Shown here one piece after another: positions 6,201 to 14,700 of a DNA stretch of 22,919 nucleotides. Below the pieces are notes generated by a model, which was not told where the DNA came from, did not search any database, and saw only the letters and a list, made by a program, of their open reading frames with translations. Both the position numbers and the translations under genes were made by a program. Where the stretch lies: positions 1-22,919 of the forward strand of contig JAEOSI010000010.1 in NCBI GenBank assembly GCA_016840425.1, written 5' to 3'. The DNA is from Candidatus Wukongarchaeum yapensis. Its GTDB lineage: Archaea > Asgardarchaeota > Wukongarchaeia > Wukongarchaeales > Wukongarchaeaceae. Numbering within the stretch: position 1 is the first letter of the stretch; every line of letters starts with the position of its first letter.

Positions 6201-8927
6201 TTATGCGGGTTGAGGAACACCTTGTTGAATTTTTAAACTTTCTTTGGCTTCCAACCATTTCCTCGTCCTTTTTAATATCTCTACTACAAGGGTTACGGTA
6301 CTGGCTACAAGCAGGATAATTATCCACTCATTAAGGTTTAAACCTTCGGTTTGAAAAGCTGTTTTTAAGAAGCCTACGTACAAAACAGCAATTTGAAGCA
6401 GTATTGAAGTTAAAACAGCAAGAACAAGCCACTTGTTTTTAAATGGACCCACTTCAAACAGGCTTAGAGTTAAGCTTCTACAATTAAAAACATGAAAGAG
6501 CTGATAAAAAACTAAAGTAGTGAAAGCTATTGTACGAGCCTTGTCCTTATCTGCAAAAGGGTTAGCCCAATTGTAAAGCATTAATGTTCCCATGCACATG
6601 ACGGCACCCACAATGAAGATATGTATAAGCATATGGCGGACCACTATGCCTTCTTCTGGTGGCCTTGGAGGCCTTTTCATGGTGTCAGGCGCAGTAGGAT
6701 CTAAGCCCAAAGCAAGGGCAGGTAAACCATCCGTAAGAAGGTTCACCCAAAGGATTTGTACCGCGATTAAAGGTAAGGGCATCCCCACCATAAGGCCGAT
6801 AAATATCACAAGAACTTCCCCTAAATTTGTTGCGAGAAGATAAACAACAAATTTTTGAAAGTTGTCGAAGAACGAACGCCCTTCTTCTACTGCAGCCACT
6901 ATACTGGAGAAATTATTGTCCTGTAACACCATTTCTGATGCTTCTCGCGCTACATCCGTCCCCCCTACTCCCATTGCAACACCTATTTGAGCCATTTTAA
7001 GGGCGGGAGCATCATTTACTCCATCACCGGTCATAGCTACTATATGTCCCTTTTGTTGTAGCAATTGGACAATTCTTGACTTATGTTCGGGCGAAACTCT
7101 TGCAAAAACCCCCACCCTATCTATTATTGGTTCCAGCTCTTCATCGCTCATCTGCTCCAACTCTACGCCTGTTATCACTTGGTTATTAGTATCATCTAAA
7201 ACCCCAAGTTCTCGCCCTATAGCCACGGCTGTTAACTTATGATCACCTGTGATCATTACAACTTTTATACCTGCTCTTTTACACTTTCTAATTGCTTCTT
7301 TTACTTCCTCCCTTGGGGGGTCAATCATTCCCGTCAAACCCACAAATATTAAATTGTCAACAATTTTCTCTTCGTCGGAATAATCCTCCTTTTTATCCAA
7401 TTTTCTATAAGCAAAACCAAGAACCCTCAACGCATGATTCGCCATATCTTTATTGGTTTCCAGAAAATTGTTTTTGTCCTCTTCAGTTATAGGAACTTCT
7501 TCACCGTTCTTATACACTTTACTGCTCCTATCAAGCAATTGTTCAGCAGCACCTTTAACATAAGCCGTTCGCTCCCCATCAATGTTTTCGTTAATCGTTA
7601 CCATACGCTTTTTAGTAGCATCAAAAGGCACCTCATAAAGCCGAGGATATTCTTGATTAATAACCTCCAGTTTTATTCCCGCTTCTAAACAAGCAATTAA
7701 CAAAGCCCCTTCTGTAGGATCCCCTCTAACGCTAACCCCGCCGTTTTCAGGTTCTAAACGCGAATTATTACAAAGAACACCGATGCGTAGTAAAATTTCT
7801 AATCCTGAATCACTTTTCGGGTCTGTTTCTTTCCCTTCAACCAAAAACTTCGACTCTTCTACGTCAATAGACTGGTCTAAAAGACGAATTCTGCGCACAG
7901 TCATCTGATTTTTAGTCATTGTACCCGTTTTATCAGAACATATAACAGTAGCGCTACCCAAAGTTTCCACAGCAGGCAACTTTCTAATTATCGCGTTACG
8001 ATTAGCCATCCTTTGAACACCGATAGCCAAAGTCGCAGTCACAATAGCAGGAAGTCCTTCAGGCACCGCGGCCACCGCTAAACTTACAGCGGCAATAAAC
8101 ATATTTACAGTATCTTCTCCACGAAGGTAACCTGTAGTGAAAATAACCGCGCATATCGCGATAACTATCAGCCCTATCTGCGCTCCAAATCCCCCCATTT
8201 TCTCCTGTAAAGGTGTTTTTTTAGCCCCTGTACTTTGAATACCTTCAGCTATTTTACCGATCTCAGTATCTTGTCCTGTAGCTACGACTATCCCCCGCCC
8301 TCTCCCCCGAGTTACCACGGAGCTAGAAAATACCATGTTTTTCATGTCCGCTACCACTATGTTTCTATCAAGAATTGGATCCACGTGTTTAGATACAGGG
8401 GTAGATTCACCCGTAAGCGTTGATTCATCAACTTCTAAATCTATAACTTCTGCAAGGCGAGTGTCGGCAGGAATTTTTTCCCCCGTTTCAAGGAGGATTA
8501 AGTCGCCGGGGACTAATCCCGTTGCATCGATCTCAATAAACCCTCCATCCCTTACAACTTGGGCTTTCAAAGCAGTTAGGCTTTTTAAAGCCTCTAAAGC
8601 TTCTTCAGCACGATATTCTTGGAGAAAGCCTAAAATAGCGTTTATAATAATTATTATAAGAATGACTATCAGGTCTATCGTATGGCCTAAAAATCCTGCA
8701 ATAGCCGCCGCAACTATAAGAATTAAAACCAAAGGACTTCGAAATTGATCAATAAACATCTTAAAAGGCGAGATACGTTTAGCTTCCTCCAAAACATTGG
8801 GACCAAAACGCTCTAAACGATCCTGTGCCTCCTCTTGGCTTAACCCTCGTTCAATCGAAGTACTTAAATTGTTCTCTACTTCGCTGATATCTAGTGTATG
8901 GTGAAACCTGCTTTGCAAGAAATACAC
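6201..8927 (-). CDS. Type IIA (SERCA/PacL-like) cation-transporting P-type ATPase, probably Ca2+
   Basis: TGES, VAAVPEGL, phosphorylation site DKTGT, KGA, DPPR, MITGD, GDGVNDAPAL, M5 TNLGE, M6 WVNLLTDG; 10 TM segments. Confidence 0.93.
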   Translation of the reverse strand: MYFLQSRFHHTLDISEVENNLSTSIERGLSQEEAQDRLERFGPNVLEEAKRISPFKMFIDQFRSPLVLILIVAAAIAGFLGHTIDLIVILIIIIINAILGFLQEYRAEEALEALKSLTALKAQVVRDGGFIEIDATGLVPGDLILLETGEKIPADTRLAEVIDLEVDESTLTGESTPVSKHVDPILDRNIVVADMKNMVFSSSVVTRGRGRGIVVATGQDTEIGKIAEGIQSTGAKKTPLQEKMGGFGAQIGLIVIAICAVIFTTGYLRGEDTVNMFIAAVSLAVAAVPEGLPAIVTATLAIGVQRMANRNAIIRKLPAVETLGSATVICSDKTGTMTKNQMTVRRIRLLDQSIDVEESKFLVEGKETDPKSDSGLEILLRIGVLCNNSRLEPENGGVSVRGDPTEGALLIACLEAGIKLEVINQEYPRLYEVPFDATKKRMVTINENIDGERTAYVKGAAEQLLDRSSKVYKNGEEVPITEEDKNNFLETNKDMANHALRVLGFAYRKLDKKEDYSDEEKIVDNLIFVGLTGMIDPPREEVKEAIRKCKRAGIKVVMITGDHKLTAVAIGRELGVLDDTNNQVITGVELEQMSDEELEPIIDRVGVFARVSPEHKSRIVQLLQQKGHIVAMTGDGVNDAPALKMAQIGVAMGVGGTDVAREASEMVLQDNNFSSIVAAVEEGRSFFDNFQKFVVYLLATNLGEVLVIFIGLMVGMPLPLIAVQILWVNLLTDGLPALALGLDPTAPDTMKRPPRPPEEGIVVRHMLIHIFIVGAVMCMGTLMLYNWANPFADKDKARTIAFTTLVFYQLFHVFNCRSLTLSLFEVGPFKNKWLVLAVLTSILLQIAVLYVGFLKTAFQTEGLNLNEWIIILLVASTVTLVVEILKRTRKWLEAKESLKIQQGVPQPA

Positions 8928-9167
8928 GCATCCCTTTTTTACTTCTTATTCAAAAATCGAGGACATTTCAGTAAGATTCTATTTATTAGATTCTCTTCAT
9001 CATTTTTAAATGATATACGTACCTAAGGAGTCCTAGCACAACAACTATAAAGAAAACACTATCGAGAGAAAAATATCCCATATTTTTAGCTAGTTCAAAT
9101 ATAAGAGAAATGTTTTTGAACATTTTTGAACTCTTTACAAAACTAGTAGGATAGAAGGGAAGCCAAA

Positions 9168-9482
9168 GTGTCCTTCTCTAAAATGATCTCCAAATGGAAA
9201 AAAGAACCAGTAGAAGCACGAATAATGGACCTAGTGGTTATTACAAACTTTTTAATCTTCATCATCGCAATTTTAGTCTTTCAATTGATAGGCATAAAAA
9301 ACAACGTGAGAAACTTTCCAGCTATTTGGTTACCCCTTTTCCTTTTAACAATCACTTTTGGTCTACGAATAAAGCTCAGAGAAAACCCAAAAATGTATAA
9401 ACCAATATTCATAGAATGGCTAATAGCAGCAATATTCGGCATTTTAATAGCATTAGTAATAGCCATTTATTACCCAATATAA
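9168..9482 (+). CDS. Small three-TM membrane protein of unknown function
   Basis: 104 aa with three hydrophobic segments separated by K/R-containing loops; GTG start after AAGGGA. Confidence 0.65.
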   Translation: MSFSKMISKWKKEPVEARIMDLVVITNFLIFIIAILVFQLIGIKNNVRNFPAIWLPLFLLTITFGLRIKLRENPKMYKPIFIEWLIAAIFGILIALVIAIYYPI

Positions 9483-9614
9483 GCTAATATAATATTTTTA
9501 AAGTTATTTTAAAAACCAGTTTAATTCCTTATTTTATCTCCCTAATTTTAGTGAAATGAGTGCTATTATTGTTTAATAACAAAAAAGTTGAAGAGAATTA
9601 GAAAGGATGGGGGA

Positions 9615-9716
9615 TGGTAGCCCGGGCCAGATTCGAACTGGCGTCTCAGGGTCCAGAACCCCGAATGCTTAGCCAACACGTCTTAAAATATGTTTTGGCC
9701 ACTACACCACCGGGCT
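9615..9716 (-). tRNA. tRNA-Gln(CTG) with encoded CCA and a 26-nt D-loop intron
   Basis: Minus strand: AGCCCGG TG GTGT AGTGGCCAA [intron] GCAT T CGGGG TT-CTG-GA CCCTG AGAC GCCAG TTCGAAT CTGGC CCGGGCT A CCA. The spliced form is 76 nt with all four stems; the A1-U72 pair is typical of archaeal tRNA-Gln. Confidence 0.95.
9669..9694 (-). other. tRNA intron at a non-canonical position (about 21/22) with a relaxed bulge-helix-bulge motif
   Basis: Intron AACATATTTTAAGACGTGTTGGCTAA. Central helix GGCC/GGCU is followed by AAA and AAG; cutting 2 nt into each restores ...GGCCAA|GCAU. Internal stem AACAU/GUGUU. Confidence 0.85.
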
Positions 9717-9753
9717 AGAAAACAAAAACTCTTGAGCCAAAAACATTTTATCA

Positions 9754-9761
9754 CTTTAAAA
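9754..9761 (-). promoter_or_regulatory. TATA box of the tRNA-Gln gene
   Basis: TTTTAAAG on the minus strand about 40 nt upstream of the mature 5' end, preceded by an A-rich BRE-like stretch. Confidence 0.5.
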
Positions 9762-9771
9762 GTTTTATTTT

Positions 9772-10572
9772 TTACTTTTTTATTATGTTAAGAAGGAGTT
9801 CAAATATTTTTGTATTAAAAATTATTGCAAATATAAAGCCTGGAAGCAGGAATAGCATGAAAGGTAATGTTGGCGTGACCCACACCTGCCTCTTTTTATC
9901 TTCTTTGAACTGTTTTATTTGTTCTTTTTTTTCTTGAAAATCCTCCTCAAGCTCTTTTATTTCGAATTCTAGGTCAAGCTGCCATCCTCCTTCATCCCCT
10001 TCATTTTTCTTTTTCTCACAACATTGAAAATATTTCCAACGTCTTTCAAAAGTGTCTATCGATAAAGGAGTACCCATAAAAAACAAGGCAATTTTCTGGC
10101 TTTTTGTCCCTTTTACATCGTTAAAATTTGCCTTTTTCATCACATTTATCAAAAAAAGCCCTAAGGGAACAAATATCTGCAGTAAAGTAGCGTAAATTAA
10201 AGCAAGTATTGGAAAAGGGAAAAGAGGGGTCTTATCTTCAATAAAAACTGAAGGATGGAGAGGCAATAAAAAACTTATTGAAAAAAGAGCTTTGCTATCT
10301 GCTGGCCCCCAAAAACCAGCCAATAATATAACCAACGCAATCAAAAAGGTTGTCACGATACTAATAGTGATAAGTAAAAAAGTGGTTTTTTTCGCATCTG
10401 AGAGAAATATTCGTAAAACAATTAAAGGGATGCCTGAAAAAATCATCAAATCCCAAACATAATCTTCAACCTCCGTCCTTAATACATCTTGCACTGTTGC
10501 AATGAAAAGAAAAATAAGGCATAAAAAAACAGCTAAAAACTCTACATCGCTCTCACTTAAACCAAAAACCAA
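9772..10572 (-). CDS. A24-family prepilin/prearchaellin peptidase (FlaK/PibD-like)
   Basis: First catalytic Asp in ATVQD, second in WGPADSKAL (GxGD-like), multiple TM segments, archaeal C-terminal motif VWVTPTLPF; TTG start with GGTGGT. Confidence 0.88.
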   Translation of the reverse strand: MVFGLSESDVEFLAVFLCLIFLFIATVQDVLRTEVEDYVWDLMIFSGIPLIVLRIFLSDAKKTTFLLITISIVTTFLIALVILLAGFWGPADSKALFSISFLLPLHPSVFIEDKTPLFPFPILALIYATLLQIFVPLGLFLINVMKKANFNDVKGTKSQKIALFFMGTPLSIDTFERRWKYFQCCEKKKNEGDEGGWQLDLEFEIKELEEDFQEKKEQIKQFKEDKKRQVWVTPTLPFMLFLLPGFIFAIIFNTKIFELLLNIIKK

Positions 10573-10710
10573 CTTTTTAGACCACCAAAAGCAAAAAAAG
10601 GAAAAAATATCTCAAAAGTTTTTATGATTTCTAACAATTTAATTTTTGTGCGAAATTTATAAAGTCCCAACACCGGATTAATTTTTGAAAGTTTTTGGAA
10701 GTGAAAGTTT

Positions 10711-12108
10711 TTGGAAGCAGTAGATGTCGATATTAAAAGTCTCAAAATAGGAGCTATTAGCTTCTTCTTGGATATTTATGAGTGTATAAATACTGATGTT
10801 AACACTCTTTGCGAAGACATCGAGTCTAAAATCCTAAAAGCGTGCGAAAGGTTCGAAATAATAGCTAAAGAAGTTACAGAAAAACACGGAATCCCTTACC
10901 AAACATTAAGACTTGCAGTTTCCCCCCTAGCAGAAATAGTAGCCCCTCTCACAAAGAATTTTCACCTGAAACCCGAAATGATTTTGGAAAAGAAAGAGAT
11001 ACCCCAAAAGCTTACCGAAATCATGTTTAAAATCGCTTACACCCTTCAAAACACTTCAAAAGAATTAAAAATAGATTTCGTAGGGGGTTTTTCAGCCTGC
11101 GCAGAAGGAGGACTTTCAAAGAAATCTCTAGCGATCATAGCCACTATACCAGAGATTTTAGCATCTACAGAAAATATCTTTGCCTTCGTCAACGTAGGTT
11201 CTTCAAAAACAGGTCTTAACATGGATGCAATACGTTTAATGGGCGACGCGGTCATCAAACTCGCTAATTTAACCGCAGGATCTAAAGGATTTGGAAACCT
11301 CAAACTCCTCACTACGGCCAACGTACCACTAGATACCCCCTATTTACCTGCATCTCATCATAATAGATCATATCCCGATAAAGGTATAGGGCTTAATTTT
11401 TACATCTTACACGTCATAAAAAACGCTTTAGAAACACTTGGAAAAGATTCAAATTTTGAAGAAATTTATAACAAAATAAAAACAACAACTTATAAAGCCG
11501 TTAGAAAAGCCGATATTATCGGGAGAGAAATAGCTGAAAAAGCAGGTGTTTCCTACTTTGGTGTAGACATTAGTTTAGCTCCTTGGCTCGAAATTGAAAA
11601 CTCGAGCATTGCAGAAGTTATAGAGTGTATGGGAATTGAAGCTTTTGGAACCCATGGAACAACCACCGCCCTTTTCATCTTAAACGAAGCAGTAAAAAGG
11701 GGAGCGCTAATGGGTTCAAATAAAACGGTAGGATACTCAGGTGCAATGTTCCCTGTAGCAGAAGATGTAGGAATCATAAAGGCTGTTAAAAATAACAAAT
11801 TGACCATTGATAAGCTAGAAGCACTAGTATCCGTATGCTCCCTCGGATTGGATACCATTCCAATTCCAGGTGACACACCCTTGGAAACTGTGTGCGGCAT
11901 CATTAGCGACACCCTATCAATAGGCATTCTTCATAATAAATCTTTAGGGCTACGCATCTTCCTCATACCAGGAGCTAAAGCAGGGGATATAGTTGACTTA
12001 GAACCTCCCTTTGAAAACATCCCAATAATGCCTATAAGTAAAATATCTTCCAAGTTTTTCCATAAGAAGGGAAATATTCCGCCCCCTATATCAAGCTTAA
12101 AAGGATAA
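10711..12108 (+). CDS. DUF711/UPF0210 family protein
   Basis: FVGGFSA, VNVGSSKTGLNMDAI, GVDISLAP, GYSGAMFPVAED, SVCSLGLDTIPIPGDT and C-terminal PPPISSLKG match the family pattern. Confidence 0.88.
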   Translation: MEAVDVDIKSLKIGAISFFLDIYECINTDVNTLCEDIESKILKACERFEIIAKEVTEKHGIPYQTLRLAVSPLAEIVAPLTKNFHLKPEMILEKKEIPQKLTEIMFKIAYTLQNTSKELKIDFVGGFSACAEGGLSKKSLAIIATIPEILASTENIFAFVNVGSSKTGLNMDAIRLMGDAVIKLANLTAGSKGFGNLKLLTTANVPLDTPYLPASHHNRSYPDKGIGLNFYILHVIKNALETLGKDSNFEEIYNKIKTTTYKAVRKADIIGREIAEKAGVSYFGVDISLAPWLEIENSSIAEVIECMGIEAFGTHGTTTALFILNEAVKRGALMGSNKTVGYSGAMFPVAEDVGIIKAVKNNKLTIDKLEALVSVCSLGLDTIPIPGDTPLETVCGIISDTLSIGILHNKSLGLRIFLIPGAKAGDIVDLEPPFENIPIMPISKISSKFFHKKGNIPPPISSLKG

Positions 12109-12114
12109 ATCCTT

Positions 12115-12756
12115 TTATTCTTCTTTTAAACCTAAAACTTCAAAGATCTCATGAGAAGATATAGGGCCTTTCCTCAAAATTTTTGGAGGCCACGAAGTGA
12201 GATCTACTAAGGTAGAAGGCTTTACTTCAGGTAACCTGCCCTCATCTATAATCATATCCACATTCTTACCAATCTCCCAAGGCAAATCTTCTATCGAATA
12301 AACATCAGGCTCTCCATGAATGTTTGCAGAAGTTGCCGTAATAGGCTTTTTAAAAAGCTCCACCAACTCCAATACAAGGTTTTTCTTAGGAATCCTAATA
12401 CCAATAGTACTCTTTCTCGCAGTCAATAATTCAGGCAAATTTTCTCGAGAATTCAAAATTACTGTCAAGGACCCAGGCAAAAAAACTTCAGCCAACTTAA
12501 GGGCTTCAGGCGTAAAATCAGCATAATCCATACCCATCCTAACCGAGTTTACTATTATGTGAATAGGGCTATTAAAAGGCCTTTTTTTAAGCTTAAAAAC
12601 TTTTAAAACTGCGTTGGCAGTAGTAGCATCAACAGCCAAACCATAACTAGTATCCGTCGGAACAACCAAAACTCCACCTCCTTCTAAAGCTTTCACACCA
12701 TCCCTCAAAACTTGACTTTTCACCCTTTCAGTCACACGAACCCTCTTCAACACCAA
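12115..12756 (-). CDS. tsaC: L-threonylcarbamoyladenylate synthase, short YrdC/TsaC form (t6A biosynthesis)
   Basis: VPTDTSYGL, KKRP, LPGSLTVIL, IGIRIP, TATSANIHG, PSTLVDL, ILRKGPI; no Sua5 C-terminal domain. Confidence 0.92.
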   Translation of the reverse strand: MVLKRVRVTERVKSQVLRDGVKALEGGGVLVVPTDTSYGLAVDATTANAVLKVFKLKKRPFNSPIHIIVNSVRMGMDYADFTPEALKLAEVFLPGSLTVILNSRENLPELLTARKSTIGIRIPKKNLVLELVELFKKPITATSANIHGEPDVYSIEDLPWEIGKNVDMIIDEGRLPEVKPSTLVDLTSWPPKILRKGPISSHEIFEVLGLKEE

Positions 12757-12880
12757 AACCTCTCCATAACAGATTAAAAATAAAAAATGCTAAAAGAAAA
12801 ACATGAGATAATTTTTTAAAATTAAAAAGAAAAGGAGGCTTATAAGGATTGAGCCGTAAATCTTCCGGTTGTGATTTCTG

Positions 12881-13867
12881 TTGAAGTTCGTTAAATTTCG
12901 AACGTTAGAAGATGAAGTTACTCGTTCAAGATTAGGATTGCAAAAAGAAGCCAGTGTTGTAGACTTAGTAGCCGCTCTCAGGGCTTACAGATTCAAAATC
13001 ATGAAGATTACCGCCGATGTTGACAATTATAGAAACGCGGAAATGGCATGTTCTTCGACTATAAATTTTCTCATTTCCCGTCTTGATGAAGTACAAGGCT
13101 TAATTGAAACGTCTACTGGATCCGCTATCTTTTCCACTAGAACTGCTAGAGAATTAGGGATAGGCGATGTCGTATATCCCATCCACGATATTGTTCTAAA
13201 AGCACCCGTAGAACCGCGAAAAATCATTTGTCTTGCCCTAACATATAAAGGACATGCAGAAGAAATGGATCTTTCAACGGTCAAGTTTCCCGAAGTTTTC
13301 TTTAAACCACCAACTGCTGTAATAGGGCCTGAAGAACCAATAATACTTCCAAATAGCGCGCCAACCAAGGTAGATTTCGAGGCAGAGTTGGGTATAGTAA
13401 TGGGAAAAAGGGCGCGATTTGTAAAAGAAGAAGAAGCAATGGACTACATAGTAGGGTATACTGCCTTAAATGACGTAACTGCGCGAGATGTGGAATTTGA
13501 ATGGGGACTGAAACAATGGGCTCTTTCCAAGTCTTTTGACACCTTTGCCCCCATTGGTCCTTGTATAACAACAAAAGAAGAGATAGAAGACCCCCATAAT
13601 CTTGACATAAAGCTAAGGCTTAACGGTGAAATAATGCAGGAATCAAACACTTCCGATCTAATACTTAGCATTCCAAAAATTGTTTCAATGATATCCCAAT
13701 TCATGACACTTGAAACTGGTGATGTTATTTCAACAGGCACACCTCCAGGCGTGGGCTATAAAAAAGATCCTCCAGTATTCTTAAGACCAGGAGATGTTTG
13801 CGAAGTAGAAATCGAAGGATTAGACATCCTCAGAAACCCCGTAGAAGGAGTTTTAGAAGGAGAATGA
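12881..13867 (+). CDS. Fumarylacetoacetate hydrolase family protein
   Basis: KIICLALTY..HAEE, VFFKP, DFEAELG, NDVTARD, SKSFDTF and TGTPPGVG motifs. Confidence 0.93.
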   Translation: MKFVKFRTLEDEVTRSRLGLQKEASVVDLVAALRAYRFKIMKITADVDNYRNAEMACSSTINFLISRLDEVQGLIETSTGSAIFSTRTARELGIGDVVYPIHDIVLKAPVEPRKIICLALTYKGHAEEMDLSTVKFPEVFFKPPTAVIGPEEPIILPNSAPTKVDFEAELGIVMGKRARFVKEEEAMDYIVGYTALNDVTARDVEFEWGLKQWALSKSFDTFAPIGPCITTKEEIEDPHNLDIKLRLNGEIMQESNTSDLILSIPKIVSMISQFMTLETGDVISTGTPPGVGYKKDPPVFLRPGDVCEVEIEGLDILRNPVEGVLEGE

Positions 13868-13877
13868 AGGAGAATTT

Positions 13878-13944
13878 TTTTTAGGCGGAAAAAACAAAAT
13901 CAAAAAAAGAAGTGAAATTTTCTAGGCGAATTTCTTTCTAGGCG
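13878..13944 (+). repeat. Three direct copies of TTTYTAGGCG upstream of the nucleotidyltransferase gene
   Basis: Copies at 13878-13887, 13919-13928 and 13935-13944, followed by SD GAGGTGA and the TTG at 13961. Confidence 0.6.
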
Positions 13945-13960
13945 ATTTTGAGGTGATTTT

Positions 13961-14686
13961 TTGGATGAATATGAAGGGCTGCTTAAACGTTTTCAGTTTA
14001 AGATTAAAAAGAGCTTTGAAAAGGAGATAAAAAGCATTAGACTTTATGGAAGTGTCGCCAAAGGTGAAGGGCGTTATCTTCGGGGGGAAAGTGATATTGA
14101 TCTTTTCATAATCATTGATAAAGAAGCAGATTATTTTGAAACACTTTTAAAGATTTCTCCCTTGCTCAACGAGTTTTATGATGATCCTGTCGCTTCAAGT
14201 TTGTTTGATGTAATTGTTGTACAAGAGCTAGAGGTTCCTCATGCCGTCAACCCTATCCGGTTATTAGAAGTTAAAAATGGGAAAATCATTTTAGGTAACG
14301 ATGAAATTGATAGCATTGATTTGACCGATGATGCAATAAAAGGCGGTTCTTTGGATATGGCTTGTGAATTTAATAAACGCGCCAGGGAAATAGCACTTGG
14401 TATAGGGGGCGATATAGGAGACGATGAGCTTTATTGGTGCGCAGAATCTGTTTTAGGCGTAACTCAAGCCCTTTTATATTTCTTAGGTGAAAGAGATTTT
14501 ACAAGGCTTGAAGCTGGAGAATTGTTGCAAAAAAAATTTGGAGACCAATTTAATGCAGAGATAGCTATTGAAGCCACCCGACTTAAAGTAGGAGGCAAGG
14601 TCGATAATAAGAAAGATTTCTACAATAAAAGCGTTGTTTTTTGCCAAAAAACAATTGAAACCATCATAAAAAATCTCCCAAAATAA
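13961..14686 (+). CDS. Pol-beta-superfamily minimal nucleotidyltransferase fused to a helical HEPN-like domain
   Basis: LYGSVAKG....GESDIDLFII (GS-DxD) with a probable third Asp in FDVIVV. C-terminal YWCAESVLGVTQALLYFLG resembles the HEPN helical core. Confidence 0.8.
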   Translation: MDEYEGLLKRFQFKIKKSFEKEIKSIRLYGSVAKGEGRYLRGESDIDLFIIIDKEADYFETLLKISPLLNEFYDDPVASSLFDVIVVQELEVPHAVNPIRLLEVKNGKIILGNDEIDSIDLTDDAIKGGSLDMACEFNKRAREIALGIGGDIGDDELYWCAESVLGVTQALLYFLGERDFTRLEAGELLQKKFGDQFNAEIAIEATRLKVGGKVDNKKDFYNKSVVFCQKTIETIIKNLPK

Positions 14687-14700
14687 TTTAAAATGGACGT

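Noticed and set aside
9168-9482. Idea that the 104-aa 3-TM protein is an Asterix/PAT10 partner of the CCDC47-like protein
   Set aside because: Only size and TM count match; I see no shared motif and it lies 5 kb away. An HHpred search would be needed.
9615-9660. tRNA 3' end as an integration site for a mobile element
   Set aside because: No duplicate of the tRNA 3' end and no integrase are present in the window; the flanking genes look chromosomal.
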